The notes below the pieces were generated by a model. It saw only the letters and a program-made list of their open reading frames with translations. It was not told where the DNA came from and searched no databases. Of a stretch of 33,523 nucleotides of DNA, positions 10,001 through 24,500 are shown piece by piece. A program made the translations under genes and the position numbers. This DNA is from Utricularia gibba (lineage: Eukaryota; Plantae; Magnoliophyta), in contig NEEC01000224.1 of the NCBI GenBank assembly GCA_002189035.1, positions 1-33,523 on the forward strand, in the 5' to 3' direction. How positions within the stretch are numbered: position 1 is the stretch's first letter; the number at the start of each line of letters is the position of its first letter.

Positions 10001-13000
10001 CATCCTAACTAAAGCAAATGCATTACGATTTCGTCGAGTACGACCCGATTGGGCTTAGTAGCCAGACCGAATCTCGGGCCCTGACAAAGCTCCCAACTAC
10101 AGCACCCACCTTAAAACGGCAAGCTGTTGCTTGAAAAACCATTTAGGCAGCCGCCGAAAACCCATCGTTGATAAATGCATCACTTATTTTCCGGGCTACA
10201 ACTGACTATTGGCCTGAGCCCGACCCGACCTCTGGCCCAATCCCGAAACCCTCCGAGGGCGCCTTCTCAAATATATAGCAGAGTGTTGAGAAAACCCATT
10301 GGGGTTCTCATGACATCCTAACTACATCAAATGCGTTACGATTTTCGTCGAGTGCGACCCGATTGGGCTTAGTAGCCAGACCGAATCTCGGGCCGGACAA
10401 AGCTCCCAACGACAGCACCCGCCTTTAAATGGCAAGCTGTTGCTTGAAAAAACCATGTGGGCAGCCGCCGACAACCCAACGTTAATAAATGCATCACTTC
10501 TTTTGCCGGGCTACAGCTGACTTTGGGCTCAAGCCCGACCCGAATCCGGCCCGATCTCGGTGACCCACAAAAGCGCCTTGTCAAGTGTAAAGCATGCTGT
10601 TGAAAAAACCATTTGGGGTGGTCATGAGATCCTAACTTCAATAAAGGTGTCACGATTTTCGTCGAATGGGATCGGATTGTGCTGTGAAGTCAGACCGAAC
10701 CTTGGGTCCGGACGAAGTTCCCAACAACAGCACCCGCAAAAAAACGACAACTTTTCCTCGAAAAAAGCATGTAGGCAGCCGCCGAAAACCCAACGTTAAT
10801 AAATGCATCACTTTTTTGGCCGGGCTACAAATGACTATGGGCCAGAGCGCGACTCGACCATTTGCTCGATACTAGTGCCAGCCTAGAGCGCCTCCTCAAA
10901 TATAAATCAGGTTGTTGAGAAAACCATTTGGGGTGCTCATGACATCCTAACTTCAAAAAATGCATCACGATTTTCATCGAGTAGCACCCGATTGGGCTCA
11001 GGAGCCAGACCGAACCTTGGGCCCTTACAAAGCTGCCAACGACAGCACCCGCCTTAAAATGGCAAGCTATTGCTTGAAAAACCATTCAGGCAGCCGCCGA
11101 AAACCCAACGTTGATAAATGCATCACTTATTTTCCGGGCTACAACTGACTATGGGCCATAGCCCGACCCGACCTCTGGCCCAATCCCGAAACCCCCAAAG
11201 AGCGCCTTCTGAAATATAAAGTAGAGTGTTGAGAAAACCCGTTGGGGTTCTCATGACATCCTAACTAAAGCAAATGCATTACGATTTCGTCGAGTACGAC
11301 CCGATTGGGCTTAGTAGCCAGACCGAATCTCGGGCCCTGACAAAGCTCCCAACTACAGCACCCACCTTAAAACGGCAAGCTGTTGCTTGAAAAACCATTT
11401 AGGCAGCCGCCGAAAACCCATCGTTGATAAATGCATCACTTATTTTCCGGGCTACAACTGACTATTGGCCTGAGCCCGACCCGACCTCTGGCCCAATCCC
11501 GAAACCCTCCGAGGGCGCCTTCTCAAATATATAGCAGAGTGTTGAGAAAACCCATTGGGGTTCTCATGACATCCTAACTACATCAAATGCGTTACGATTT
11601 TCGTCGAGTGCGACCCGATTGGGCTTAGTAGCCAGACCGAATCTCGGGCCGGACAAAGCTCCCAACGACAGCACCCGCTTTAAATGGCAAGCTATTGCTT
11701 GACAAACCATGTGGGCAGCCGCCGACAACCCAACGTTAATAAATGCATCACTTCTTTTGCCGGGCTACAGCTGACTTTGGGCTCAAGCCCGACCCGAATC
11801 CGGCCCGATCTCGGTGACCCACAAAAGCGCCTTGTCAAGTGTAAAGCATGCTGTTGAAAAAACCATTTGGGGTGGTCATGAGATCCTAACTTCAATAAAG
11901 GCATCACGATTTTCGTCGAATGGGATCGGATTGTGCTGTGAAGTCAGACCGATCCTTGGGTCCGGACGAAGTTCCCAACAACAGCACCCGCAAAAAAACG
12001 ACAACTTTTCCTCGAAAAAAGCATGTAGGCAGCCGCCGAAAACCCAACGTTAATAAATGCATCACTTTTTTGGCCGGGCTACAAATGACTATGGGCCAGA
12101 GCGCGACTCGACCATTTGCTCGATACTAGTGCCAGCCTAGAGCGCCTCCTCAAATATAAATCAGGTTGTTGAGAAAACCATTTGGGGTGCTCATGACATC
12201 CTAACTTCAAAAAATGCATCACGATTTTCATCGAGTAGCACCCGATTGGGCTCAGGAGCCAGACCGAACCTTGGGCCCTTACAAAGCTGCCAACGACAGC
12301 ACCCGCCTTAAAATGGCAAGCTATTGCTTGAAAAACCATTCAGGCAGCCGCCGAAAACCCAACGTTGATAAATGCATCACTTATTTTCCGGGCTACAACT
12401 GACTATGGGCCATAGCCCGACCCGACCTCTGGCCCAATCCCGAAACCCCCAAGAGCGCCTTCTGAAATATAAAGTAGAGTGTTGAGAAAACCCGTTGGGG
12501 TTCTCATGACATCCTAACTAAAGCAAATGCATTACGATTTCGTCGAGTACGACCCGATTGGGCTTAGTAGCCAGACCGAATCTCGGGCCCTGACAAAGCT
12601 CCCAACTACAGCACCCACCTTAAAACGGCAAGCTGTTGCTTGAAAAACCATTTAGGCAGCCGCCGAAAACCCATCGTTGATAAATGCATCACTTATTTTC
12701 CGGGCTACAACTGACTATTGGCCTGAGCCCGACCGACCTCTGGCCCAATCCGAAACCCGAGGGCGCCTTCAAAATATAGCAGAGTGTTGAGAAAACCCAT
12801 TGGGGTTCTCATGACATCCTAACTACATCAAATGCGTTACGATTTTCGTCGAGTGCGACCCGATTGGGCTTAGTAGCCAGACCGAATCTCGGGCCGGACA
12901 AAGCTCCCAACGACAGCACCCGCTTTAAATGGCAAGCTATTGCTTGAAAACCATGTGGGCAGCCGCCGACAACCCAACGTTAATAAATGCATCACTTCTT

Positions 13001-16000
13001 TTGCCGGGCTACAGCTGACTTTGGGCTCAAGCCCGACCCGAATCCGGCCCGATCTCGGTGACCCACAAAAGCGCCTTGTCAAGTGTAAAGCATGCTGTTG
13101 AAAAAACCATTTGGGGTGGTCATGAGATCCTAACTTCAATAAAGGCATCACGATTTTCGTCGAATGGGATCGGATTGTGCTGTGAAGTCAGACCGACCTT
13201 GGGTCCGGACGAAGTTCCCAACAACAGCACCCGCAAAAAAACGACAACTTTTCCTCGAAAAAAGCATGTAGGCAGCCGCCGAAAACCCAACGTTAATAAA
13301 TGCATCACTTTTTTGGCCGGGCTACAAATGACTATGGGCCAGAGCGCGACTCGACCATTTGCTCGATACTAGTGCCAGCCTAGAGCGCCTCCTCAAATAT
13401 AAATCAGGTTGTTGAGAAAACCATTTGGGGTGCTCATGACATCCTAACTTCAAAAAATGCATCACGATTTTCATCGAGTAGCACCCGATTGGGCTCAGGA
13501 GCCAGACCGAACCTTGGGCCCTTACAAAGCTGCCAACGACAGCACCCGCCTTAAAATGGCAAGCTATTGCTTGAAAAACCATTCAGGCAGCCGCCGAAAA
13601 CCCAACGTTGATAAATGCATCACTTATTTTCCGGGCTACAACTGACTATGGGCCATAGCCCGACCCGACCTCTGGCCCAATCCCGAAACCCCCAAGAGCG
13701 CCTTCTGAAATATAAAGTAGAGTGTTGAGAAAACCCGTTGGGGTTCTCATGACATCCTAACTAAAGCAAATGCATTACGATTTCGTCGAGTACGACCCGA
13801 TTGGGCTTAGTAGCCAGACCGAATCTCGGGCCCTGACAAAGCTCCCAACTACAGCACCCACCTTAAAACGGCAAGCTGTTGCTTGAAAAACCATTTAGGC
13901 AGCCGCCGAAAACCCATCGTTGATAAATGCATCACTTATTTTCCGGGCTACAACTGACTATTGGCCTGAGCCCGACCCGACCTCTGGCCCAATCCCGAAA
14001 CCCTCCGAGGGCGCCTTCTCAAATATATAGCAGAGTGTTGAGAAAACCCATTGGGGTTCTCATGACATCCTAACTACATCAAATGCGTTACGATTTTCGT
14101 CGAGTGCGACCCGATTGGGCTTAGTAGCCAGACCGAATCTCGGGCCGGACAAAGCTCCCAACGACAGCACCCGCTTTAAATGGCAAGCTATTGCTTGACA
14201 AACCATGTGGGCAGCCGCCGACAACCCAACGTTAATAAATGCATCACTTCTTTTGCCGGGCTACAGCTGACTTGGGCTCAAGCCCGACCCGAATCCGGCC
14301 CGATCTCGGTGACCCACAAAAGCGCCTTGTCAAGTGTAAAGCATGCTGTTGAAAAAACCATTTGGGGTGGTCATGAGATCCTAACTTCAATAAAGGTTCA
14401 CGATTTTCGTCGAATGGGATCGGATTGTGCTGTGAAGTCAGACCGAACCTTGGGTCCGGACGAAGTTCCCAACAACAGCACCCGCAAAAAAACGACAACT
14501 TTTCCTCGAAAAAAGCATGTAGGCAGCCGCCGAAAACCCAACGTTAATAAATGCATCACTTTTTTGGCCGGGCTACAAATGACTATGGGCCAGAGCGCGA
14601 CTCGACCATTTGCTCGATACTAGTGCCAGCCTAGAGCGCCTCCTCAAATATAAATCAGGTTGTTGAGAAAACCATTTGGGGTGCTCATGACATCCTAACT
14701 TCAAAAAATGCATCACGATTTTCATCGAGTAGCACCCGATTGGGCTCAGGAGCCAGACCGAACCTTGGGCCCTTACAAAGCTGCCAACGACAGCACCCGC
14801 CTTAAAATGGCAAGCTATTGCTTGAAAAACCATTCAGGCAGCCGCCGAAAACCCAACGTTGATAAATGCATCACTTATTTTCCGGGCTACAACTGACTAT
14901 GGGCCATAGCCCGACCCGACCTCTGGCCCAATCCCGAAACCCCCCAAGAGCGCCTTCTGAAATATAAAGTAGAGTGTTGAGAAAACCCGTTGGGGTTCTC
15001 ATGACATCCTAACTAAAGCAAATGCATTACGATTTCGTCGAGTACGACCCGATTGGGCTTAGTAGCCAGACCGAATCTCGGGCCCTGACAAAGCTCCCAA
15101 CTACAGCACCCACCTTAAAACGGCAAGCTGTTGCTTGAAAAACCATTTAGGCAGCCGCCGAAAACCCATCGTTGATAAATGCATCACTTATTTTCCGGGC
15201 TACAACTGACTATTGGCCTGAGCCCGACCCGACCTCTGGCCCAATCCCGAAACCCTCCGAGGGCGCCTTCTCAAATATATAGCAGAGTGTTGAGAAAACC
15301 CATTGGGGTTCTCATGACATCCTAACTACATCAAATGCGTTACGATTTTCGTCGAGTGCGACCCGATTGGGCTTAGTAGCCAGACCGAATCTCGGGCCGG
15401 ACAAAGCTCCCAACTTTAAATGGCAAGCTATTGCTTGAAAACCATGTGGGCAGCCGCCGACAACCCAACGTTAATAAATGCATCACTTCTTTTGCCGGGC
15501 TACAGCTGACTTGGGCTCAAGCCCGACCCGAATCCGGCCCGATCTCGGTGACCCACAAAAGCGCCTTGTCAAGTGTAAAGCATGCTGTTGAAAAAACCAT
15601 TTGGGGTGGTCATGAGATCCTAACTTCAATAAAGGTGTCACGATTTTCGTCGAATGGGATCGGATTGTGCTGTGAAGTCAGACCGAACCTTGGGTCCGGA
15701 CGAAGTTCCCAACAACAGCACCCGCAAAAAAACGACAACTTTTCCTCGAAAAAAGCATGTAGGCAGCCGCCGAAAACCCAACGTTAATAAATGCATCACT
15801 TTTTTGGCCGGGCTACAAATGACTATGGGCCAGAGCGCGACTCGACCATTTGCTCGATACTAGTGCCAGCCTAGAGCGCCTCCTCAAATATAAATCAGGT
15901 TGTTGAGAAAACCATTTGGGGTGCTCATGACATCCTAACTTCAAAAAATGCATCACGATTTTCATCGAGTAGCACCCGATTGGGCTCAGGAGCCAGACCG

Positions 16001-19000
16001 AACCTTGGGCCCTTACAAAGCTGCCAACGACAGCACCCGCCTTAAAATGGCAAGCTATTGCTTGAAAAACCATTCAGGCAGCCGCCGAAAACCCAACGTT
16101 GATAAATGCATCACTTATTTTCCGGGCTACAACTGACTATGGGCCATAGCCCGACCCGACCTCTGGCCCAATCCCGAAACCCCCCAAGAGCGCCTTCTGA
16201 AATATAAAGTAGAGTGTTGAGAAAACCCGTTGGGGTTCTCATGACATCCTAACTAAAGCAAATGCATTACGATTTCGTCGAGTACGACCCGATTGGGCTT
16301 AGTAGCCAGACCGAATCTCGGGCCCTGACAAAGCTCCCAACTACAGCACCCACCTTAAAACGGCAAGCTGTTGCTTGAAAAACCATTTAGGCAGCCGCCG
16401 AAAACCCATCGTTGATAAATGCATCACTTATTTTCCGGGCTACAACTGACTATTGGCCTGAGCCCGACCCGACCTCTGGCCCAATCCCGAAACCCTCCGA
16501 GGGCGCCTTCTCAAATATATAGCAGAGTGTTGAGAAAACCCATTGGGGTTCTCATGACATCCTAACTACATCAAATGCGTTACGATTTTCGTCGAGTGCG
16601 ACCCGATTGGGCTTAGTAGCCAGACCGAATCTCGGGCCGGACAAAGCTCCCAACGACAGCACCCGCTTTAAATGGCAAGCTGTTGCTTGAAAACCATGTG
16701 GGCAGCCGCCGACAACCCAACGTTAATAAATGCATCACTTCTTTTGCCGGGCTACAGCTGACTTGGGCTCAAGCCCGACCCGAATCCGGCCCGATCTCGG
16801 TGACCCACAAAAGCGCCTTGTCAAGTGTAAAGCATGCTGTTGAAAAAACCATTTGGGGTGGTCATGAGATCCTAACTTCAATAAAGGCATCACGATTTTC
16901 GTCGAATGGGATCGGATTGTGCTGTGAAGTCAGACCGAACCTTGGGTCCGGACGAAGTTCCCAACAACAGCACCCGCAAAAAAACGACAACTTTTCCTCG
17001 AAAAAAGCATGTAGGCAGCCGCCGAAAACCCAACGTTAATAAATGCATCACTTTTTTGGCCGGGCTACAAATGACTATGGGCCAGAGCGCGACTCGACCA
17101 TTTGCTCGATACTAGTGCCAGCCTAGAGCGCCTCCTCAAATATAAATCAGGTTGTTGAGAAAACCATTTGGGGTGCTCATGACATCCTAACTTCAAAAAA
17201 TGCATCACGATTTTCATCGAGTAGCACCCGATTGGGCTCAGGAGCCAGACCGAACCTTGGGCCCTTACAAAGCTGCCAACGACAGCACCCGCCTTAAAAT
17301 GGCAAGCTATTGCTTGAAAAACCATTCAGGCAGCCGCCGAAAACCCAACGTTGATAAATGCATCACTTATTTTCCGGGCTACAACTGACTATGGGCCATA
17401 GCCCGACCCGACCTCTGGCCCAATCCCGAAACCCCCCAAGAGCGCCTTCTGAAATATAAAGTAGAGTGTTGAGAAAACCCGTTGGGGTTCTCATGACATC
17501 CTAACTAAAGCAAATGCATTACGATTTCGTCGAGTACGACCCGATTGGGCTTAGTAGCCAGACCGAATCTCGGGCCCTGACAAAGCTCCCAACTACAGCA
17601 CCCACCTTAAAACGGCAAGCTGTTGCTTGAAAAACCATTTAGGCAGCCGCCGAAAACCCATCGTTGATAAATGCATCACTTATTTTCCGGGCTACAACTG
17701 ACTATTGGCCTGAGCCCGACCCGACCTCTGGCCCAATCCCGAAACCCTCCGAGGGCGCCTTCTCAAATATATAGCAGAGTGTTGAGAAAACCCATTGGGG
17801 TTCTCATGACATCCTAACTACATCAAATGCGTTACGATTTTCGTCGAGTGCGACCCGATTGGGCTTAGTAGCCAGACCGAATCTCGGGCCGGACAAAGCT
17901 CCCAACGACAGCACCCGACTTTAAATGGCAAGCTGTTGCTTGAAAACCATGTGGGCAGCCGCCGACAACCCAACGTTAATAAATGCATCACTTCTTTTGC
18001 CGGGCTACAGCTGACTTTGGGCTCAAGCCCGACCCGAATCCGGCCCGATCTCGGTGACCCACAAAAGCGCCTTGTCAAGTGTAAAGCATGCTGTTGAAAA
18101 AACCATTTGGGGTGGTCATGAGATCCTAACTTCAATAAAGGTGTCACGATTTTCGTCGAATGGGATCGGATTGTGCTGTGAAGTCAGACCGAACCTTGGG
18201 TCCGGACGAAGTTCCCAACAACAGCACCCGCAAAAAAACGACAACTTTTCCTCGAAAAAAGCATGTAGGCAGCCGCCGAAAACCCAACGTTAATAAATGC
18301 ATCACTTTTTTGGCCGGGCTACAAATGACTATGGGCCAGAGCGCGACTCGACCATTTGCTCGATACTAGTGCCAGCCTAGAGCGCCTCCTCAAATATAAA
18401 TCAGGTTGTTGAGAAAACCATTTGGGGTGCTCATGACATCCTAACTTCAAAAAATGCATCACGATTTTCATCGAGTAGCACCCGATTGGGCTCAGGAGCC
18501 AGACCGAACCTTGGGCCCTTACAAAGCTGCCAACGACAGCACCCGCCTTAAAATGGCAAGCTATTGCTTGAAAAACCATTCAGGCAGCCGCCGAAAACCC
18601 AACGTTGATAAATGCATCACTTATTTTCCGGGCTACAACTGACTATGGGCCATAGCCCGACCCGACCTCTGGCCCAATCCCGAAACCCCCCAAGAGCGCC
18701 TTCTGAAATATAAAGTAGAGTGTTGAGAAAACCCATTGGGGTTCTCATGACATCCTAACTAAAGCAAATGCATTACGATTTCGTCGAGTACGACCCGATT
18801 GGGCTTAGTAGCCAGACCGAATCTCGGGCCCTGACAAAGCTCCCAACTACAGCACCCACCTTAAAACGGCAAGCTGTTGCTTGAAAAACCATTTAGGCAG
18901 CCGCCGAAAACCCATCGTTGATAAATGCATCACTTATTTTCCGGGCTACAACTGACTATTGGCCTGAGCCCGACCCGACCTCTGGCCCAATCCCGAAACC

Positions 19001-21014
19001 CTCCGAGGGCGCCTTCTCAAATATATAGCAGAGTGTTGAGAAAACCCATTGGGGTTCTCATGACATCCTAACTACATCAAATGCGTTACGATTTTCGTCG
19101 AGTGCGACCCGATTGGGCTTAGTAGCCAGACCGAATCTCGGGCCGGACAAAGCTCCCAACGACAGCACCCGCTTTAAATGGCAAGCTGTTGCTTGAAAAC
19201 CATGTGGGCAGCCGCCGACAACCCAACGTTAATAAATGCATCACTTCTTTTGCCGGGCTACAGCTGACTTTGGGCTCAAGCCCGACCCGAATCCGGCCCG
19301 ATCTCGGTGACCCACAAAAGCGCCTTGTCAAGTGTAAAGCATGCTGTTGAAAAAACCATTTGGGGTGGTCATGAGATCCTAACTTCAATAAAGGTGTCAC
19401 GATTTTCGTCGAATGGGATCGGATTGTGCTGTGAAGTCAGACCGAACCTTGGGTCCGGACGAAGTTCCCAACAACAGCACCCGCAAAAAAACGACAACTT
19501 TTCCTCGAAAAAAGCATGTAGGCAGCCGCCGAAAACCCAACGTTAATAAATGCATCACTTTTTTGGCCGGGCTACAAATGACTATGGGCCAGAGCGCGAC
19601 TCGACCATTTGCTCGATACTAGTGCCAGCCTAGAGCGCCTCCTCAAATATAAATCAGGTTGTTGAGAAAACCATTTGGGGTGCTCATGACATCCTAACTT
19701 CAAAAAATGCATCACGATTTTCATCGAGTAGCACCCGATTGGGCTCAGGAGCCAGACCGAACCTTGGGCCCTTACAAAGCTGCCAACGACAGCACCCGCC
19801 TTAAAATGGCAAGCTATTGCTTGAAAAACCATTCAGGCAGCCGCCGAAAACCCAACGTTGATAAATGCATCACTTATTTTCCGGGCTACAACTGACTATG
19901 GGCCATAGCCCGACCCGACCTCTGGCCCAATCCCGAAACCCCCCAAGAGCGCCTTCTGAAATATAAAGTAGAGTGTTGAGAAAACCCGTTGGGGTTCTCA
20001 TGACATCCTAACTAAAGCAAATGCATTACGATTTCGTCGAGTACGACCCGATTGGGCTTAGTAGCCAGACCGAATCTCGGGCCCTGACAAAGCTCCCAAC
20101 TACAGCACCCACCTTAAAACGGCAAGCTGTTGCTTGAAAAACCATTTAGGCAGCCGCCGAAAACCCATCGTTGATAAATGCATCACTTATTTTCCGGGCT
20201 ACAACTGACTATTGGCCTGAGCCCGACCCGACCTCTGGCCCAATCCCGAAACCCTCCGAGGGCGCCTTCTCAAATATATAGCAGAGTGTTGAGAAAACCC
20301 ATTGGGGTTCTCATGACATCCTAACTACATCAAATGCGTTACGATTTTCGTCGAGTGCGACCCGATTGGGCTTAGTAGCCAGACCGAATCTCGGGCCGGA
20401 CAAAGCTCCCAACGACAGCACCCGCCTTTAAATGGCAAGCTATTGCTTGAAAAACCATGTGGGCAGCCGCCGACAACCCAACGTTAATAAATGCATCACT
20501 TCTTTTGCCGGGCTACAGCTGACTTGGGCTCAAGCCCGACCCGAATCCGGCCCGATCTCGGTGACCCACAAAAGCGCCTTGTCAAGTGTAAAGCATGCTG
20601 TTGAAAAAACCATTTGGGGTGGTCATGAGATCCTAACTTCAATAAAGGTGTCACGATTTTCGTCGAATGGGATCGGATTGTGCTGTGAAGTCAGACCGAA
20701 CCTTGGGTCCGGACGAAGTTCCCAACAACAGCACCCGCAAAAAAACGACAACTTTTCCTCGAAAAAAGCATGTAGGCAGCCGCCGAAAACCCAACGTTAA
20801 TAAATGCATCACTTTTTTGGCCGGGCTACAAATGACTATGGGCCAGAGCGCGACTCGACCATTTGCTCGATACTAGTGGCCTAGAGCGCCTCCTCAAATA
20901 TAAATCAGGTTGTTGAGAAAACCATTTGGGGTGCTCATGACATCCTAACTTCAAAAAATGCATCACGATTTTCATCGAGTAGCACCCGATTGGGCTCAGG
21001 AGCCAGACCGAACC

Positions 21015-21148
21015 TTGGGCCCTTACAAAGCTGCCAACGACAGCACCCGCCTTAAAATGGCAAGCTATTGCTTGAAAAACCATTGGGCCCTTACAAAGCT
21101 GCCAACGACAGCACCCGCCTTAAAATGGCAAGCTATTGCTTGACCATT
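21015..21148. repeat. Local ~68-bp tandem duplication inside monomer C
   Basis: ttgggcccttacaaagctgccaacgacagcacccgccttaaaatggcaagctattgcttga occurs at 21015 and again at 21083. The second copy lacks the A run before ccattcagg. Confidence 0.93.
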
Positions 21149-21333
21149 CAGGCAGCCGCCGAAAACCCAACGTTGATAAATGCATCACTTATTTTCCGGG
21201 CTACAACTGACTATGGGCCATAGCCCGACCCGACCTCTGGCCCAATCCCGAAACCCCCAAGAGCGCCTTCTGAAATATAAAGTAGAGTGTTGAGAAAACC
21301 CATTGGGGTTCTCATGACATCCTAACTAAAGCA

Positions 21334-21510
21334 TTGGCATTAGTATTTCGGGCGTTTGCTTGACCAGATCTTAAATGCGGGCTACAGAAGCTTGTTGCTT
21401 GTAAAAACCCATTGGCCTGATCTTGGACCCGGGCTTAGTGAGCCCAGACCGAATCGTCCGAGGCGCCCGCAGAGCCAAAACTCGCATCCAACGACTAGGC
21501 CAGCCCGCTC
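21334..21510. other. Scrambled patch of satellite-derived fragments replacing most of D plus A1
   Basis: About 177 bp stand where ~407 bp are expected. The patch is built from short satellite motifs (gggctaca, gttgcttg, attggcctga, gggcttagt, agaccgaatc, tccgaggcgcc, ccaacgac). Confidence 0.8.
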
Positions 21511-24500
21511 TTAAATGGCAAGCTGTTGCTTGAAAAACCATGTGGGCAGCCGCCGACAACCCAACGTTAATAAATGCATCACTTCTTTTGCCGGGCTACA
21601 GCTGACTTGGGCTCAAGCCCGACCCGAATCCGGCCCGATCTCGGTGACCCACAAAAGCGCCTTGTCAAGTGTAAAGCATGCTGTTGAAAAAACCATTTGG
21701 GGTGGTCATGAGATCCTAACTTCAATAAAGGTGTCACGATTTTCGTCGAATGGGATCGGATTGTGCTGTGAAGTCAGACCGAACCTTGGGTCCGGACGAA
21801 GTTCCCAACAACAGCACCCGCAAAAAAACGACAACTTTTCCTCGAAAAAAGCATGTAGGCAGCCGCCGAAAACCCAACGTTAATAAATGCATCACTTTTT
21901 TGGCCGGGCTACAAATGACTATGGGCCAGAGCGCGACTCGACCATTTGCTCGATACTAGTGCCAGCCTAGAGCGCCTCCTCAAATATAAATCAGGTTGTT
22001 GAGAAAACCATTTGGGGTGCTCATGACATCCTAACTTCAAAAAATGCATCACGATTTTCATCGAGTAGCACCCGATTGGGCTCAGGAGCCAGACCGAACC
22101 TTGGGCCCTTACAAAGCTGCCAACGACAGCACCCGCCTTAAAATGGCAAGCTATTGCTTGAAAAACCATTCAGGCAGCCGCCGAAAACCCAACGTTGATA
22201 AATGCATCACTTATTTTCCGGGCTACAACTGACTATGGGCCATAGCCCGACCCGACCTCTGGCCCAATCCCGAAACCCCCAAGAGCGCCTTCTGAAATAT
22301 AAAGTAGAGTGTTGAGAAAACCCGTTGGGGTTCTCATGACATCCTAACTAAAGCAAATGCATTACGATTTCGTCGAGTACGACCCGATTGGGCTTAGTAG
22401 CCAGACCGAATCTCGGGCCCTGACAAAGCTCCCAACTACAGCACCCACCTTAAAACGGCAAGCTGTTGCTTGAAAAACCATTTAGGCAGCCGCCGAAAAC
22501 CCATCGTTGATAAATGCATCACTTATTTTCCGGGCTACAACTGACTATTGGCCTGAGCCCGACCCGACCTCTGGCCCAATCCCGAAACCCTCCGAGGGCG
22601 CCTTCTCAAATATATAGCAGAGTGTTGAGAAAACCCATTGGGGTTCTCATGACATCCTAACTACATCAAATGCGTTACGATTTTCGTCGAGTGCGACCCG
22701 ATTGGGCTTAGTAGCCAGACCGAATCTCGGGCCGGACAAAGCTCCCAACGACAGCACCCGACTTTAAATGGCAAGCTATTGCTTGACAAACCATGTGGGC
22801 AGCCGCCGACAACCCAACGTTAATAAATGCATCACTTCTTTTGCCGGGCTACAGCTGACTTTGGGCTCAAGCCCGACCCGAATCCGGCCCGATCTCGGTG
22901 ACCCACAAAAGCGCCTTGTCAAGTGTAAAGCATGCTGTTGAAAAAACCATTTGGGGTGGTCATGAGATCCTAACTTCAATAAAGGCATCACGATTTACGT
23001 CGAATGGGATCGGATTGTGCTGTGAAGTCAGACCGAATCCTTGGGTCCGGACGAAGTTCCCAACAACAGCACCCGCAAAAAAACGACAACTTTTCCTCGA
23101 AAAAGCATGTAGGCAGCCGCCGAAAACCCAACGTTAATAAATGCATCACTTTTTTGGCCGGGCTACAAATGACTATGGGCCAGAGCGCGACTCGACCATT
23201 TGCTCGATACTAGTGCCAGCCTAGAGCGCCTCCTCAAATATAAATCAGGTTGTTGAGAAAACCATTTGGGTGCTCATGACATCCTAACTTCAAAAAATGC
23301 ATCACGATTTTCATCGAGTAGCACCCGATTGGGCTCAGGAGCCAGACCGAACCTTGGGCCCTTACAAAGCTGCCAACGACAGCACCCGCCTTAAAATGGC
23401 AAGCTATTGCTTGAAAAACCATTCAGGCAGCCGCCGAAAACCCAACGTTGATAAATGCATCACTTATTTTCCGGGCTACAACTGACTATGGGCCATAGCC
23501 CGACCCGACCTCTGGCCCAATCCCGAAACCCCCCAAGAGCGCCTTCTGAAATATAAAGTAGAGTGTTGAGAAAACCCGTTGGGGTTCTCATGACATCCTA
23601 ACTAAAGCAAATGCATTACGATTTCGTCGAGTACGACCCGATTGGGCTTAGTAGCCAGACCGAATCTCGGCCCTGACAAAGCTCCCAACTACAGCACCCA
23701 CCTTAAAACGGCAAGCTGTTGCTTGAAAAACCATTTAGGCAGCCGCCGAAAACCCATCGTTGATAAATGCATCACTTATTTTCCGGGCTACAACTGACTA
23801 TTGGCCTGAGCCCGACCCGACCTCTGGCCCAATCCCGAAACCCTCCGAGGGCGCCTTCTCAAATATATAGCAGAGTGTTGAGAAAACCCATTGGGGTTCT
23901 CATGACATCCTAACTACATCAAATGCGTTACGATTTTCGTCGAGTGCGACCCGATTGGGCTTAGTAGCCAGACCGAATCTCGGGCCGGACAAAGCTCCCA
24001 ACGACAGCACCCGACTTTAAATGGCAAGCTATTGCTTGACAAACCATGTGGGCAGCCGCCGACAACCCAACGTTAATAAATGCATCACTTCTTTTGCCGG
24101 GCTACAGCTGACTTTGGGCTCAAGCCCGACCCGAATCCGGCCCGATCTCGGTGACCCACAAAAGCGCCTTGTCAAGTGTAAAGCATGCTGTTGAAAAAAC
24201 CATTTGGGGTGGTCATGAGATCCTAACTTCAATAAAGGTGTCACGATTTTCGTCGAATGGGATCGGATTGTGCTGTGAAGTCAGACCGATCCTTGGGTCC
24301 GGACGAAGTTCCCAACAACAGCACCCGCAAAAAAACGACAACTTTTCCTCGAAAAAAGCATGTAGGCAGCCGCCGAAAACCCAACGTTAATAAATGCATC
24401 ACTTTTTGGGCCGGGCTACAAATGACTATGGGCCAGAGCGCGACTCGACCATTTGCTCGATACTAGTGCCAGCCTAGAGCGCTCCTCAAATATAAATCAG

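Noticed and set aside
12721-12785. Cluster of 1-3-bp deletions at a D end (unit ~8 bp short)
   Set aside because: The pattern is typical of a local consensus error, and no other copy shares it as a block.
21334-21510. Transposon or viral insertion
   Set aside because: The patch is made of satellite motifs, is shorter than the sequence it replaces, and has no TSD, TIR or LTR.
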